Positions 29,268 to 37,857 of a DNA stretch of 64,000 bases are shown in pieces. Each line of letters begins with the position of its first letter. The first letter of the stretch is position 1. The DNA is from an uncultured Candidatus Binatia bacterium (GTDB taxonomy: Bacteria > Desulfobacterota > Binatia > UBA9968 > CAXXLF01). The stretch spans positions 448,001 to 512,000 of the forward strand of contig OZ244621.1 in the NCBI GenBank assembly GCA_965218425.1, read 5' to 3'. The position numbers and the translations under genes are program-made. The notes under the pieces are model-generated. The model was not told the DNA's origin. It worked only from the letters and a program-made list of their open reading frames with translations, and made no database searches.

Positions 29268-30446
29268 TTAATTCTTCTCCTCAGCGTAAACTTTTTCCGC
29301 TGCTGCTTTGGCTTCTTCACCGGAAACTTTGAGACCATAATCGGGAAGGATCCGGCTCAAGCAATCGATCAAATTCACGACGTTCTCTTGCCTGCTCGAC
29401 TCCCCCATCAGGCCGATGCGCCATGTCTTGCCAGCCAGGGGTCCTAAACCACCCCCGATCTCGATACTAAATTCTTGCAGGAGTCTCTTTCGTACCTCGG
29501 CGTCTTTTACCCCATCGGGGACACGGACGCTGTTGAGCATCCACAGGCGATGGCCTTCCTGGGCCGCGAACTCGATCCCCATAGCGCTGAGTCCGGCGGT
29601 TAAAGCCATGTGGTTGATGCGATGGCGGTTGAAGCGGTCTTCCAATCCCTCCTCAATAATCACGGCCAAGGCCTCGTGAAGCGCGTAGTTCATGGAAACG
29701 GGGGCCGTGTGGTGATAGACCCTCTCCTCTCCCCAGTAGCGTCCAATCATGGTCGTGTCGAGGTACCAACTCTTAACCTTGCCGTCGCGACGCTTGATTT
29801 TCTCCTCGCCTGCCCTGCTAAATGAGACCGGCGACAGTCCTGGCGGACAACTGAGACATTTCTGCGTTCCGCTATAGGCGGCATCCACTTGCCACTTATC
29901 CAGTTCAACCGGGCATCCCCCCAAGGAAGTAACCGTGTCGAGGATCAACAACGCCCCATGATCGCGAACGATCTTTGCAATCCCTTCAACGGGTTGCCAG
30001 ACCCCGGTGGAGGTCTCGGCGTGAACCAGACAAACAATCTTGACTTGATTACTTTTGAGGGCATTTTCCACCTGCTCTGAGCGGATGATTTCTCCCCAGG
30101 GAGCCTCCACCCGTGTAAGTGTGCCACCGTAGCGTTCGACGATGTCCGCCATCCGCGTACCGAACACGCCATTTACACACACGAGCACCCCGTCCCCTTC
30201 CTCCATGAGATTCACCAGACAGGTTTCCATACCCGCGCTTCCTGTCCCTGACACAGGAAAGGTCAGTTCATTTTCCGTTTGGAATACCCGCCGGAGCATG
30301 TCTTTGTTGTCCTCCATGACCTTAAAAAATTCAGGATCAAGGTGGCCCACCACCGGGGCTGACAGAGCGCTTAGAACCCGAGGGGCAACATTGCTCGGAC
30401 CTGGTCCAAGGAGAGTTCTTTTTGGAAGATTTAAAGGTGATACCAT
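29268..30446 (-). CDS. Alanine-glyoxylate / serine-pyruvate aminotransferase (class V PLP)
   Basis: LLGPGPSNV, SGTGSAGME, HAETSTGV, DTVTSLGG, SGTQKCLSCPPG. Confidence 0.95.
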   Translation of the reverse strand: MVSPLNLPKRTLLGPGPSNVAPRVLSALSAPVVGHLDPEFFKVMEDNKDMLRRVFQTENELTFPVSGTGSAGMETCLVNLMEEGDGVLVCVNGVFGTRMADIVERYGGTLTRVEAPWGEIIRSEQVENALKSNQVKIVCLVHAETSTGVWQPVEGIAKIVRDHGALLILDTVTSLGGCPVELDKWQVDAAYSGTQKCLSCPPGLSPVSFSRAGEEKIKRRDGKVKSWYLDTTMIGRYWGEERVYHHTAPVSMNYALHEALAVIIEEGLEDRFNRHRINHMALTAGLSAMGIEFAAQEGHRLWMLNSVRVPDGVKDAEVRKRLLQEFSIEIGGGLGPLAGKTWRIGLMGESSRQENVVNLIDCLSRILPDYGLKVSGEEAKAAAEKVYAEEKN

Positions 30447-30470
30447 ATGACCCAGATTCTTATGTATCAA

Positions 30471-30632
30471 TATTTGACAGAACGACTTTAACAACGTGTT
30501 TCGCGCCAAGACGCTAAACTCGCAAAGAAAGATATTCTTCTACATTCTGAAAACTTGGCGTCCTTTGCGTCTTTGCGGGAGAAAACCTTCTCCCAAACCT
30601 GAAATTTTTACTTCACCTGAGAATGTCAAATA
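30471..30632. repeat. 162-bp MITE-like palindromic element
   Basis: Terminal IR TATTTGACA...TGTCAAATA enclosing an inverted pair of CGCAAAGACGCAAAG-type repeats. Confidence 0.6.
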
Positions 30633-30639
30633 ATTTTGC

Positions 30640-31410
30640 TTACGCTTTTTTGAGTCGCAAACGCTCCGCTTCTTCGTAAGGCGCCCGCTGCATTACCGCG
30701 TGAAGGTCCACGGAGGTCAAGGCGCAGTACTCCATGCCGAATGTCGGCCGCTCATGGGCCATGCCCTCTTCCAAAAGGCGCTGCAGGGCCATGCGGTTAA
30801 ACTTGCCGTGACCCATGACTCCTTCCTCGTGCTCTTCCAAGTCGGCTTCATGGTGGGTGGAAAAATAGGTGGCCTGGTCCTTGGTGAATCCATAGTGCTT
30901 CGTCAACGCCTCGAACCAGGAAGCGGCCCAGTGCCCGATGCTCTCCTCCGTTACGATCCCCGCGTACCATTCGGCCGAGGTTCCTTCATAGAGAAGGCTC
31001 CGCATAAAATCGATCTTTGCACGAAACTCCGAGAGCATGGGCCGGTTGAACACCTCCTCTTCAGTCAACCCAAACGCCTTTGCGGTCTCCATCATCACAA
31101 GGAAATGACCCGGTGGCTTCGGATGGATAAACTCGTCGGCGATCTTCTCTCCCATGGGTCCCATGAGGTCCCGGTTCGTCTTAAAGAAGGGCAAAAACTT
31201 GTGGTAAGAGCACGCAATGAGCGTATTGATTTCTATGGTCCAGGCCCCCCAGTTCCTGAAAAAGAGGCGCAGGGTTTCCATGGGGAGTTTTCCGGTCGCC
31301 AGCTGCTGCATAAACGGGGACTCGGCGACCTTTTCCTGCCAGCGGACTCCGGCTTTGCGGTACAGATCATTCACATAGACTTCCGCCTGGTCCTTGTTTA
31401 ACGGTTGCAT
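30640..31410 (-). CDS. Heme-oxygenase-like fold protein (TenA/PqqC/CADD-like, probable di-iron oxidase)
   Basis: SPFMQQLATGKL; ADE...GH; TEE; YFSTHHEADLEEH ligand pattern. Confidence 0.8.
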   Translation of the reverse strand: MQPLNKDQAEVYVNDLYRKAGVRWQEKVAESPFMQQLATGKLPMETLRLFFRNWGAWTIEINTLIACSYHKFLPFFKTNRDLMGPMGEKIADEFIHPKPPGHFLVMMETAKAFGLTEEEVFNRPMLSEFRAKIDFMRSLLYEGTSAEWYAGIVTEESIGHWAASWFEALTKHYGFTKDQATYFSTHHEADLEEHEEGVMGHGKFNRMALQRLLEEGMAHERPTFGMEYCALTSVDLHAVMQRAPYEEAERLRLKKA

Positions 31411-31451
31411 GTCTCAGTTCCTTTTTTGAAAACCCAGATCTCGTCCACTCG

Positions 31452-32489
31452 TTAAGGATCGACTCTTTCCTCCCGGTAAAGGTTCAAGGATTTTAGCACC
31501 GGTGAGTCGCTCATAGAAAATAGCATAGCCTCCTCCGACGAGGAACGATTCGTGTGGCCATGGGCGTACCACACCGGCACCACGAAGGTGTCACCCTGCT
31601 CCCAACCGAAGCGCTTTTCCCCGATCAAGGTGGTGCCGGCGCCTCGAAAAGCGTGATAGATGACCGTGCTGGTGTGCCGGTGCACTTCCGTTGTTTGCCC
31701 GGGTCGTAGATGCTGGAGGGCGCACTGGACGGTGGGCATGGTGGGGCCATCCGTGGCGGGATTTCGAAATTCCAAAAGGGTACCGTCAAACGGGTCCTGA
31801 CCATCACCCGATTCTAAAAGAGCTCGTAGGGTCTTGTTAGTTTCGTGCCATTTGAAGTGAAAAAACTCTGGGGTCGCGGACGATGTCGGCCTCGCGTAAC
31901 CGTACAGGGGAGCCACCTGTTCACTGCTGTATTTAACGGGCTGTACCGGCTTATCATAAGACTCAAAGACCAGCTGATGCAGCGACCGAACAAGCGGGAA
32001 GTCAAGCCCATCGAGCCATATGATCGGCTGGTTGGTACCACCGCTGTGATCATGCCAGGTGAGCTGCGGTGTCAAGATAAGATCCCCTTCATCCATCTCG
32101 CACTTTTGACCGTTGACCGTCGTAAAAGCACCCCGGCCCTCGATAACAAAGCGAAGCGCAGCCATGGTATGGCGGTGTGCCCGGGCATGCTCACCCGGTT
32201 TCACGTACTGAATGGACAACTGCAACGTGTGGCTGGTGAATCGCCGCCCCTTGAGTCCGGGGTTAATTAGGCGAAGTGTGCGGCGCTCGGAATTTTCCAG
32301 GTTTACAACCTCTCCCGCGCGCATGAGCATGGCGTGCACGTCTGACCATTTCCAAACATAGGGCAGTACGCTTGTGGCTGGGTAGGGTGAATAGTTCTCG
32401 GGCCCTAAAAGCCAATAACCCTCGATGTTTTTCTCCGCCAGGTCATGGTCGAGACTCTCCATGCTATCGGTGGCACGCGGATTGTTCAT
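31452..32489 (-). CDS. Gentisate 1,2-dioxygenase-like bicupin
   Basis: ERRTLRLINPG, AHRHTMAALRFV, WHDH, WLDGLD.P, HRHTS. Confidence 0.92.
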   Translation of the reverse strand: MNNPRATDSMESLDHDLAEKNIEGYWLLGPENYSPYPATSVLPYVWKWSDVHAMLMRAGEVVNLENSERRTLRLINPGLKGRRFTSHTLQLSIQYVKPGEHARAHRHTMAALRFVIEGRGAFTTVNGQKCEMDEGDLILTPQLTWHDHSGGTNQPIIWLDGLDFPLVRSLHQLVFESYDKPVQPVKYSSEQVAPLYGYARPTSSATPEFFHFKWHETNKTLRALLESGDGQDPFDGTLLEFRNPATDGPTMPTVQCALQHLRPGQTTEVHRHTSTVIYHAFRGAGTTLIGEKRFGWEQGDTFVVPVWYAHGHTNRSSSEEAMLFSMSDSPVLKSLNLYREERVDP

Positions 32490-32645
32490 GATGATCCTCC
32501 CGGGCTTGCCGATTACTGATCTATCTGGTCCGAACAAGTCTATTCAAAGCACCCGTAAGATGTCAACGCGCCCATGGCAGTGCATTGACAAACTCTACGT
32601 TATTGGATACCTACGCTCCATCGCAACAACCAATAAAGAGACCTC

Positions 32646-34277
32646 ATGACCGCTACCAGATCATCTATCATTCCCGTTCTTATTGTAGGCGGAGGTCCGG
32701 TGGGCCTGGCCCTGGCAGTGGAACTCGGAGTGCGTGGCATCAGGTGCATGCTTGTGGAACAGGGTGACGGCAAGGTCCTGGCTCCCAAGATGAGCCAACT
32801 GACCACGCGCACCATGGAGTTCTGCCGGCGCTGGGGCGTCGTGGATCAGGTCAAGAATGCCGGATGGCCGCAAGACCAGCCGGGGGACTTCGTTTACCTT
32901 ACCAGCCTGGTGGGCCATGAACTGTTACGCCGTAGGGTCCCCCCCTACGCTAAACAGCGCGAACTCGCATACACGCCTGAAGGACCCCGTCAATGTCCGC
33001 AGATTTTTTTCGATCCGATCCTGCTTCGGCGTGTCGCCGCATTATCGACAGTGACGCTGCGTCATCGGACTCGCTTCGACTCGTTCACCATGGATTCGGA
33101 GGGTGTCCATGTAGGTTTGACCGACATGACCTCAGGGGAGGTTGAAACCATCGTTGCTGATTATCTTGTGGGATGTGACGGGTTCGAAAGCCCCGTGCGC
33201 AGGGGGCTTGGCATCCCGTTTTCCGGTTCGGGGGTATTGAGCTTCAGCGTAAGTATATTTTTTCGATCCCCGGCACTCCCATCGCTACACAACAAGGGCT
33301 GGGCGCGTTTCTACAGGCCGGTGGACTCCACCGGACACTGGGGCGACTTGATCGCCATCGATGGGCGTGAACTCTGGCGATTGACTGTACTCGACCTCGA
33401 TCCGGACACGGACATGGGGAAGTTCGACGTGGCCGGATGCCTGCGTAGGGCGGTGGGAACTGACTTTCCTTACGAGGTTATTTCGGTCCTACCGTGGAAA
33501 CGACGGGACCTGATCGCGGATGGCTACGGTCAGCAGCGCATCTTCATCGCCGGTGATGCAGCCCATCAATGCTCCCCCACGGGCGGCATCGGCATGAACA
33601 CGGGCATCGGAGACGCGGTGGATATCGGCTGGAAGCTTGCGGCGGTCCTGGACGGATGGGGAGGCAAGGGGCTGCTGCAATCCTATGAAGTCGAACGAAG
33701 ACCCGTCGCTGTAAGTCACGTAGCAAGTTCAACCGAGCTGTACCGGCGGCTAACGGCATATTCTGGAGGAGCGGCCATCGCCGATGACACCCCCGAAGGT
33801 GAACGTGTCCGTCAACAATTCGTGCGGGAATACCACGAGTCCGAAGGTAAAATCGAATCTGCAAACGAAAACGTCAAGCTCGGCTATTGCTACGAGCGCT
33901 CACCGATTATTTCGCCCGACGGAACCAATGCGCCTGACGACTCATCCGGGGATTTTATCCCATCGGCTCGACCGGGGTCCCGCGCGCCCCATGCGTGGAT
34001 CGGCAACGGCAGGTCTACCCTCGACCTATTTGGCCAAGGGTTTGTGCTTCTCTGCTTCAGCAACGCCCCCACAGAAGCAGCGGGCTTTGTGGATGCCGCA
34101 GCCACCGTCGGAGTTCCGTTCCATGTGGTTAACATCAACAACACAAAAATCGCCGAGCTGTACGAACGCAGATTTGTACTGGTTCGACCGGACGGCCACG
34201 TGGCCTGGCGCGGCGACACCTGCCCTGAAAACCCCCGGGACCTATTGGATTTGGTCCGTGGCGAAAAATCATACTGA
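32646..34277 (+). CDS. FAD-dependent monooxygenase (PheA/TfdB-like, FAD_binding_3)
   Basis: GGGPVGL, GCDG, GDAAHQCSPTGGIGMNTGIGDA, LVRPDGHVAWR. Confidence 0.93.
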   Translation: MTATRSSIIPVLIVGGGPVGLALAVELGVRGIRCMLVEQGDGKVLAPKMSQLTTRTMEFCRRWGVVDQVKNAGWPQDQPGDFVYLTSLVGHELLRRRVPPYAKQRELAYTPEGPRQCPQIFFDPILLRRVAALSTVTLRHRTRFDSFTMDSEGVHVGLTDMTSGEVETIVADYLVGCDGFESPVRRGLGIPFSGSGVLSFSVSIFFRSPALPSLHNKGWARFYRPVDSTGHWGDLIAIDGRELWRLTVLDLDPDTDMGKFDVAGCLRRAVGTDFPYEVISVLPWKRRDLIADGYGQQRIFIAGDAAHQCSPTGGIGMNTGIGDAVDIGWKLAAVLDGWGGKGLLQSYEVERRPVAVSHVASSTELYRRLTAYSGGAAIADDTPEGERVRQQFVREYHESEGKIESANENVKLGYCYERSPIISPDGTNAPDDSSGDFIPSARPGSRAPHAWIGNGRSTLDLFGQGFVLLCFSNAPTEAAGFVDAAATVGVPFHVVNINNTKIAELYERRFVLVRPDGHVAWRGDTCPENPRDLLDLVRGEKSY

Positions 34278-34386
34278 ATTCACCGCAAGCGTGAGGCTGG
34301 CTGTTGACAGGTCCAGGGGAAGATGGTTTATGAAATCTCGATGACTTCGCTCAACCGTCCGATCGCTTCATGCAAGGAGGTTATTG

Positions 34387-35364
34387 ATGCTTACACTGAA
34401 GGGCGCGTTCTCTAACAACCCCAGGTCGGCCCCGTTGGTGGAAGGCGCCGTGCAGGTCGAGGGTGTCGACATCCACTGGGAAATATTCAAGAACCCGGGC
34501 GAATTGTTCGCAGCGCAGCTCCGGAACAACAGCTTCGACGTATTCGAATTTTCCATTTCCGATTACGTGAACGTTCTCTCCAGGCCCACCGCCCGTTGGG
34601 AGTGGACGGCCATCCCGATTTTTCTCAGCCGTGCATTGTTGCAGCTTAATACCTGGGTCAACGTAAAGTCGGGCGTCACGAGTGCGAGCGACATGAAGGG
34701 CAAGCGCCTGGCGGTGGGAGACTACACCCAGACCGCTTTTGTCTGGTTCCGAGCCATGGTTGACCGATTATACGGTATCCAGAGCCAAGACATCGCCTGG
34801 TATAACGCGCGCGTTGGGACCGACAGCCACTCGGTGCTGCTCGGTTTGAAGGATGAGCCTCCTCCAGGTGTTTCCATCACCTTCCTGACCCGGCTAGAGG
34901 AGGCCAACGAGATGCTACAGTCAGGCGCAATCGATGCCGCCAACGGCAGGAGCATCCCCATTGATACTCAATCACCCAATGTCCGCCCCCTGTTCCCCGA
35001 TGGCGGGCGCGGCTTTTTGGAAGAGTTTTACCGAACAGTGGGGTTCACTCCTGTAAACCACACTGTAGGAATCCAGCAACGGGTGGTAGAGGAAAATCCC
35101 TGGCTTCCGGAGGCTCTGTACGACGCCTTTGAGCGCTCGAAACAGGAGGCCTACCGGCGTGACCCCGCCAACAGGCTTATTCTGAGAGAAGAAGCCGGAC
35201 TGGAACTGGCCGAATCGGTTTTCGGACAAGATCCGTACGTGTCCGGACTGGCAAAAAACCGGGAGATGCTCACCATGACCGTTGACCAACTGTTTAAGGA
35301 CGGGCTGATTCGGGACCGGGTGGATGTGGACGCCCTTTTCTGGGAAAGCGTACGTAAATCCTAA
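34387..35364 (+). CDS. 4,5-dihydroxyphthalate decarboxylase-like / periplasmic-binding-fold protein
   Basis: FDVFEFSISDY, AIPIFLSR, YTQTAFVWFR, PVNHTV, YDAFERSK. Confidence 0.8.
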   Translation: MLTLKGAFSNNPRSAPLVEGAVQVEGVDIHWEIFKNPGELFAAQLRNNSFDVFEFSISDYVNVLSRPTARWEWTAIPIFLSRALLQLNTWVNVKSGVTSASDMKGKRLAVGDYTQTAFVWFRAMVDRLYGIQSQDIAWYNARVGTDSHSVLLGLKDEPPPGVSITFLTRLEEANEMLQSGAIDAANGRSIPIDTQSPNVRPLFPDGGRGFLEEFYRTVGFTPVNHTVGIQQRVVEENPWLPEALYDAFERSKQEAYRRDPANRLILREEAGLELAESVFGQDPYVSGLAKNREMLTMTVDQLFKDGLIRDRVDVDALFWESVRKS

Positions 35365-35637
35365 TGGAGAAAAATATCACTCGCGCAAAGACGCAAAGCA
35401 AAATCAGCTTTCAGCCATCAGCCTCGGACAGGTAGCAGGAAAGCGAAGATCGCAATTTAGTACCGAGTCACAAGCGCCGAGTTCCAAGTGGGGAGGGATG
35501 AGAGCTGAGAACAGAGAGCTGAAGATTGAAAAAGAGCCAAAAAAAGATCCGGACGCCCTGCGCCTGCGCTATCGCTTTGCTTTTTGACGGTCCGCGAGAG
35601 TCTCTCTTGAGTAGGTGATATTCTTTTAGGAGAACAG

Positions 35638-36183
35638 ATGCCTAACAAACCGATCCCAATCGATGTAACCGTGGATGCGAGGACCACAGGCCTGCTGGTC
35701 CTGGATCTAAACGCCCGGTGCGAAGACCCCAAGGAACCCTGCCATAAACTCGTGGGGCCGGTGGCAAAATTTTTACCCAGGGCAAGAGAGGCCGGGATCT
35801 TTATCGTTTATACGGTGGCGGATCGCTACCAGGGAACTCCTTTAGAAAAGATGCCCACAGCGTTTCAACAAAAAGACGATGAGCCGGTGACTTTCCCGGC
35901 CGCTTTCGACAAGTTTTACGGTGGAGAACTGCACCACCTGCTGACGGCTCGAGAGCTCAAAACCTTGATCGTCACCGGTGCATCCAGCAATCAGGCGGTA
36001 CTCTACACGGCAACGGCAGCCGTCAGACCTTTTGGATATGATGTGATAATTCCTCTGGATGGGCTCATTGCCCGTGGGGACTACGAGCAGGAATACACGC
36101 TGCACCAGTTCACGATCTTACCCGCAGGCGCGGCTGAAAAGTTCAAGATCACCCAGTTCGACCGGATCACCATCGCACAGTAA
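35638..36183 (+). CDS. Isochorismatase/cysteine-hydrolase family protein (nucleophile Cys replaced by Ala)
   Basis: LLVLDL, FDKFYG, LIVTGASSNQAVLYTA. Confidence 0.85.
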   Translation: MPNKPIPIDVTVDARTTGLLVLDLNARCEDPKEPCHKLVGPVAKFLPRAREAGIFIVYTVADRYQGTPLEKMPTAFQQKDDEPVTFPAAFDKFYGGELHHLLTARELKTLIVTGASSNQAVLYTATAAVRPFGYDVIIPLDGLIARGDYEQEYTLHQFTILPAGAAEKFKITQFDRITIAQ

Positions 36184-36196
36184 GGCAACCTGAGGG

Positions 36197-37162
36197 TCAC
36201 ACCTTGAAACCGTGCTCGAGATACCATTGGGCCGCCCCGGGGTGCAGGGGAACATCCAAGGGCGTCGCCTCGGTATCCTGTCCTAGCTGGCCGATGCCGG
36301 TGTAGGCGCCCTCTTCCCATGGAATCTCAGTTTCGCGCGCCTGTAGGGCACCGCAGACCTTGTAGGCCATTTCGTCCGGCAAAGATTCCCGCGTGTAAAG
36401 GGGCCAGCCACCGAAGTCAATACAGGTATGATCTGTCTTGAGACCGGGATACTTGCCCGCGGGGATTACGGCCCGCCGCCATCCAAGAGCTTCCATCTTC
36501 TGAAACGCCGGTTCCTCAAGAGTAACGGGCTCCAATCCCGCTTCCAGAGCTTTGGGAAACCAGGTTCCAAGTCCCTCGTCAAAGACCGCGTCCACTTCTC
36601 CCGCCTTCAGTGGGGACAAACGACGCTCATCACCGGGACCACCGGCTAGAATCAATTTACCCCCCCAAGACTCAAGGTCGGCCACGGTAAAGCCATAAAA
36701 AGATAACAGCTGGTCTATCAGTACGCGCGTCGAGTGAGTAACGTCCTCACGTATGGACAGCCGGAGCGGATATTGTTTTTCCTTGATCTGGCTCAGGGAG
36801 GTTAGTCCAGTGCGAGGATGGATAAGACAGGCGAAACGGTCCCAGGACGGGTAGTTTGCCACAACCCTCACGGGGAGCGGCTTGGAGAACAGACCCTTGC
36901 CACGATAGGCTTGGGTCAACATGCCCGACGGGTTAACCACCGCCATTTCCAGATCGCCTCGCACCACGGAGTGGGCCAATATGGGGGAACCCGAGGACAG
37001 GCGAAGCCAAGGGCGATAGTTCTCGCCGGACCCACTACCCACAGAGATACAAATATCGCGGTTCCCGAAATACGGTTCCTTTGGATCGCCTGCTATGTAC
37101 AACCCGATCTCCCAAAGCATCTTCGCGCGCCTAAAGTTCGCGCCACGCGGTAACGGTTCCAT
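36197..37162 (-). CDS. TAXI-family / PBP2 solute-binding-fold protein without a clear signal peptide
   Basis: SLPDEMAYKV and C-terminal VPLHPGAAQWY typical of TAXI proteins. Confidence 0.7.
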   Translation of the reverse strand: MEPLPRGANFRRAKMLWEIGLYIAGDPKEPYFGNRDICISVGSGSGENYRPWLRLSSGSPILAHSVVRGDLEMAVVNPSGMLTQAYRGKGLFSKPLPVRVVANYPSWDRFACLIHPRTGLTSLSQIKEKQYPLRLSIREDVTHSTRVLIDQLLSFYGFTVADLESWGGKLILAGGPGDERRLSPLKAGEVDAVFDEGLGTWFPKALEAGLEPVTLEEPAFQKMEALGWRRAVIPAGKYPGLKTDHTCIDFGGWPLYTRESLPDEMAYKVCGALQARETEIPWEEGAYTGIGQLGQDTEATPLDVPLHPGAAQWYLEHGFKV

Positions 37163-37383
37163 GGTCTACCTCCCGGTTGAACAAAATCTTTCTCAAGGCA
37201 CTGAAGGAGTCATCGGTAGTCCTCAGTTGAGAGCGCGTACATTACGTTCGGGAAGGGGCTGTTGTCAAGCCATGAGAAAACCAAGCTAGATTATGAGGTG
37301 TGACGTACATACCGGCCTCTCAAGGACAACGAGTTGAAGGGTTCCCCCCGCTCTGCTACATAGGAGCGGGTTTGTAGCGATCC

Positions 37384-37857
37384 GTGAAACGCGAGATACA
37401 GGTTAAAATTAACGGTCGAACATACCAGGAAGAGGTAGAGCCTCGTCTGCTTCTGTCTTACTTTCTGCGCGAGACTGTCGGCTTGACGGGAACCCACATG
37501 GGCTGTGTCATCGGGGAGTGCGGCGCCTGTTCAGTCCTGGTGAATGATAAGCTCGTTAAGTCATGTCTTCTCTTTGCCGTGCAGGTGGACGGAAAAGAAG
37601 TTTTGACGGTGGAAGGAATCGCGAAAAACGGTGATCTCCACCCCATTCAGGAAGCCTTTGTCCAGAAATACGGTCTCCAATGCGGCTATTGCACACCGGG
37701 AATGATTCTGGCGGCCCACCACTTGCTAGCCCATAGCCCGGACCCCACCGATGACGAGATCCGCAGGGGACTCTCGGGAAACCTCTGTATGTGTACCGGC
37801 TACATGCAAATCGTGGAGGCGGTTAAAGAAGCCGCCAGGAGCCTTAAGAATGGCTAA
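37384..37857 (+). CDS. Molybdenum hydroxylase 2Fe-2S subunit (CoxS/CutS-like)
   Basis: GCVIGECGAC, QCGYCTPG, NLCMCTGY. Confidence 0.95.
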   Translation: MKREIQVKINGRTYQEEVEPRLLLSYFLRETVGLTGTHMGCVIGECGACSVLVNDKLVKSCLLFAVQVDGKEVLTVEGIAKNGDLHPIQEAFVQKYGLQCGYCTPGMILAAHHLLAHSPDPTDDEIRRGLSGNLCMCTGYMQIVEAVKEAARSLKNG

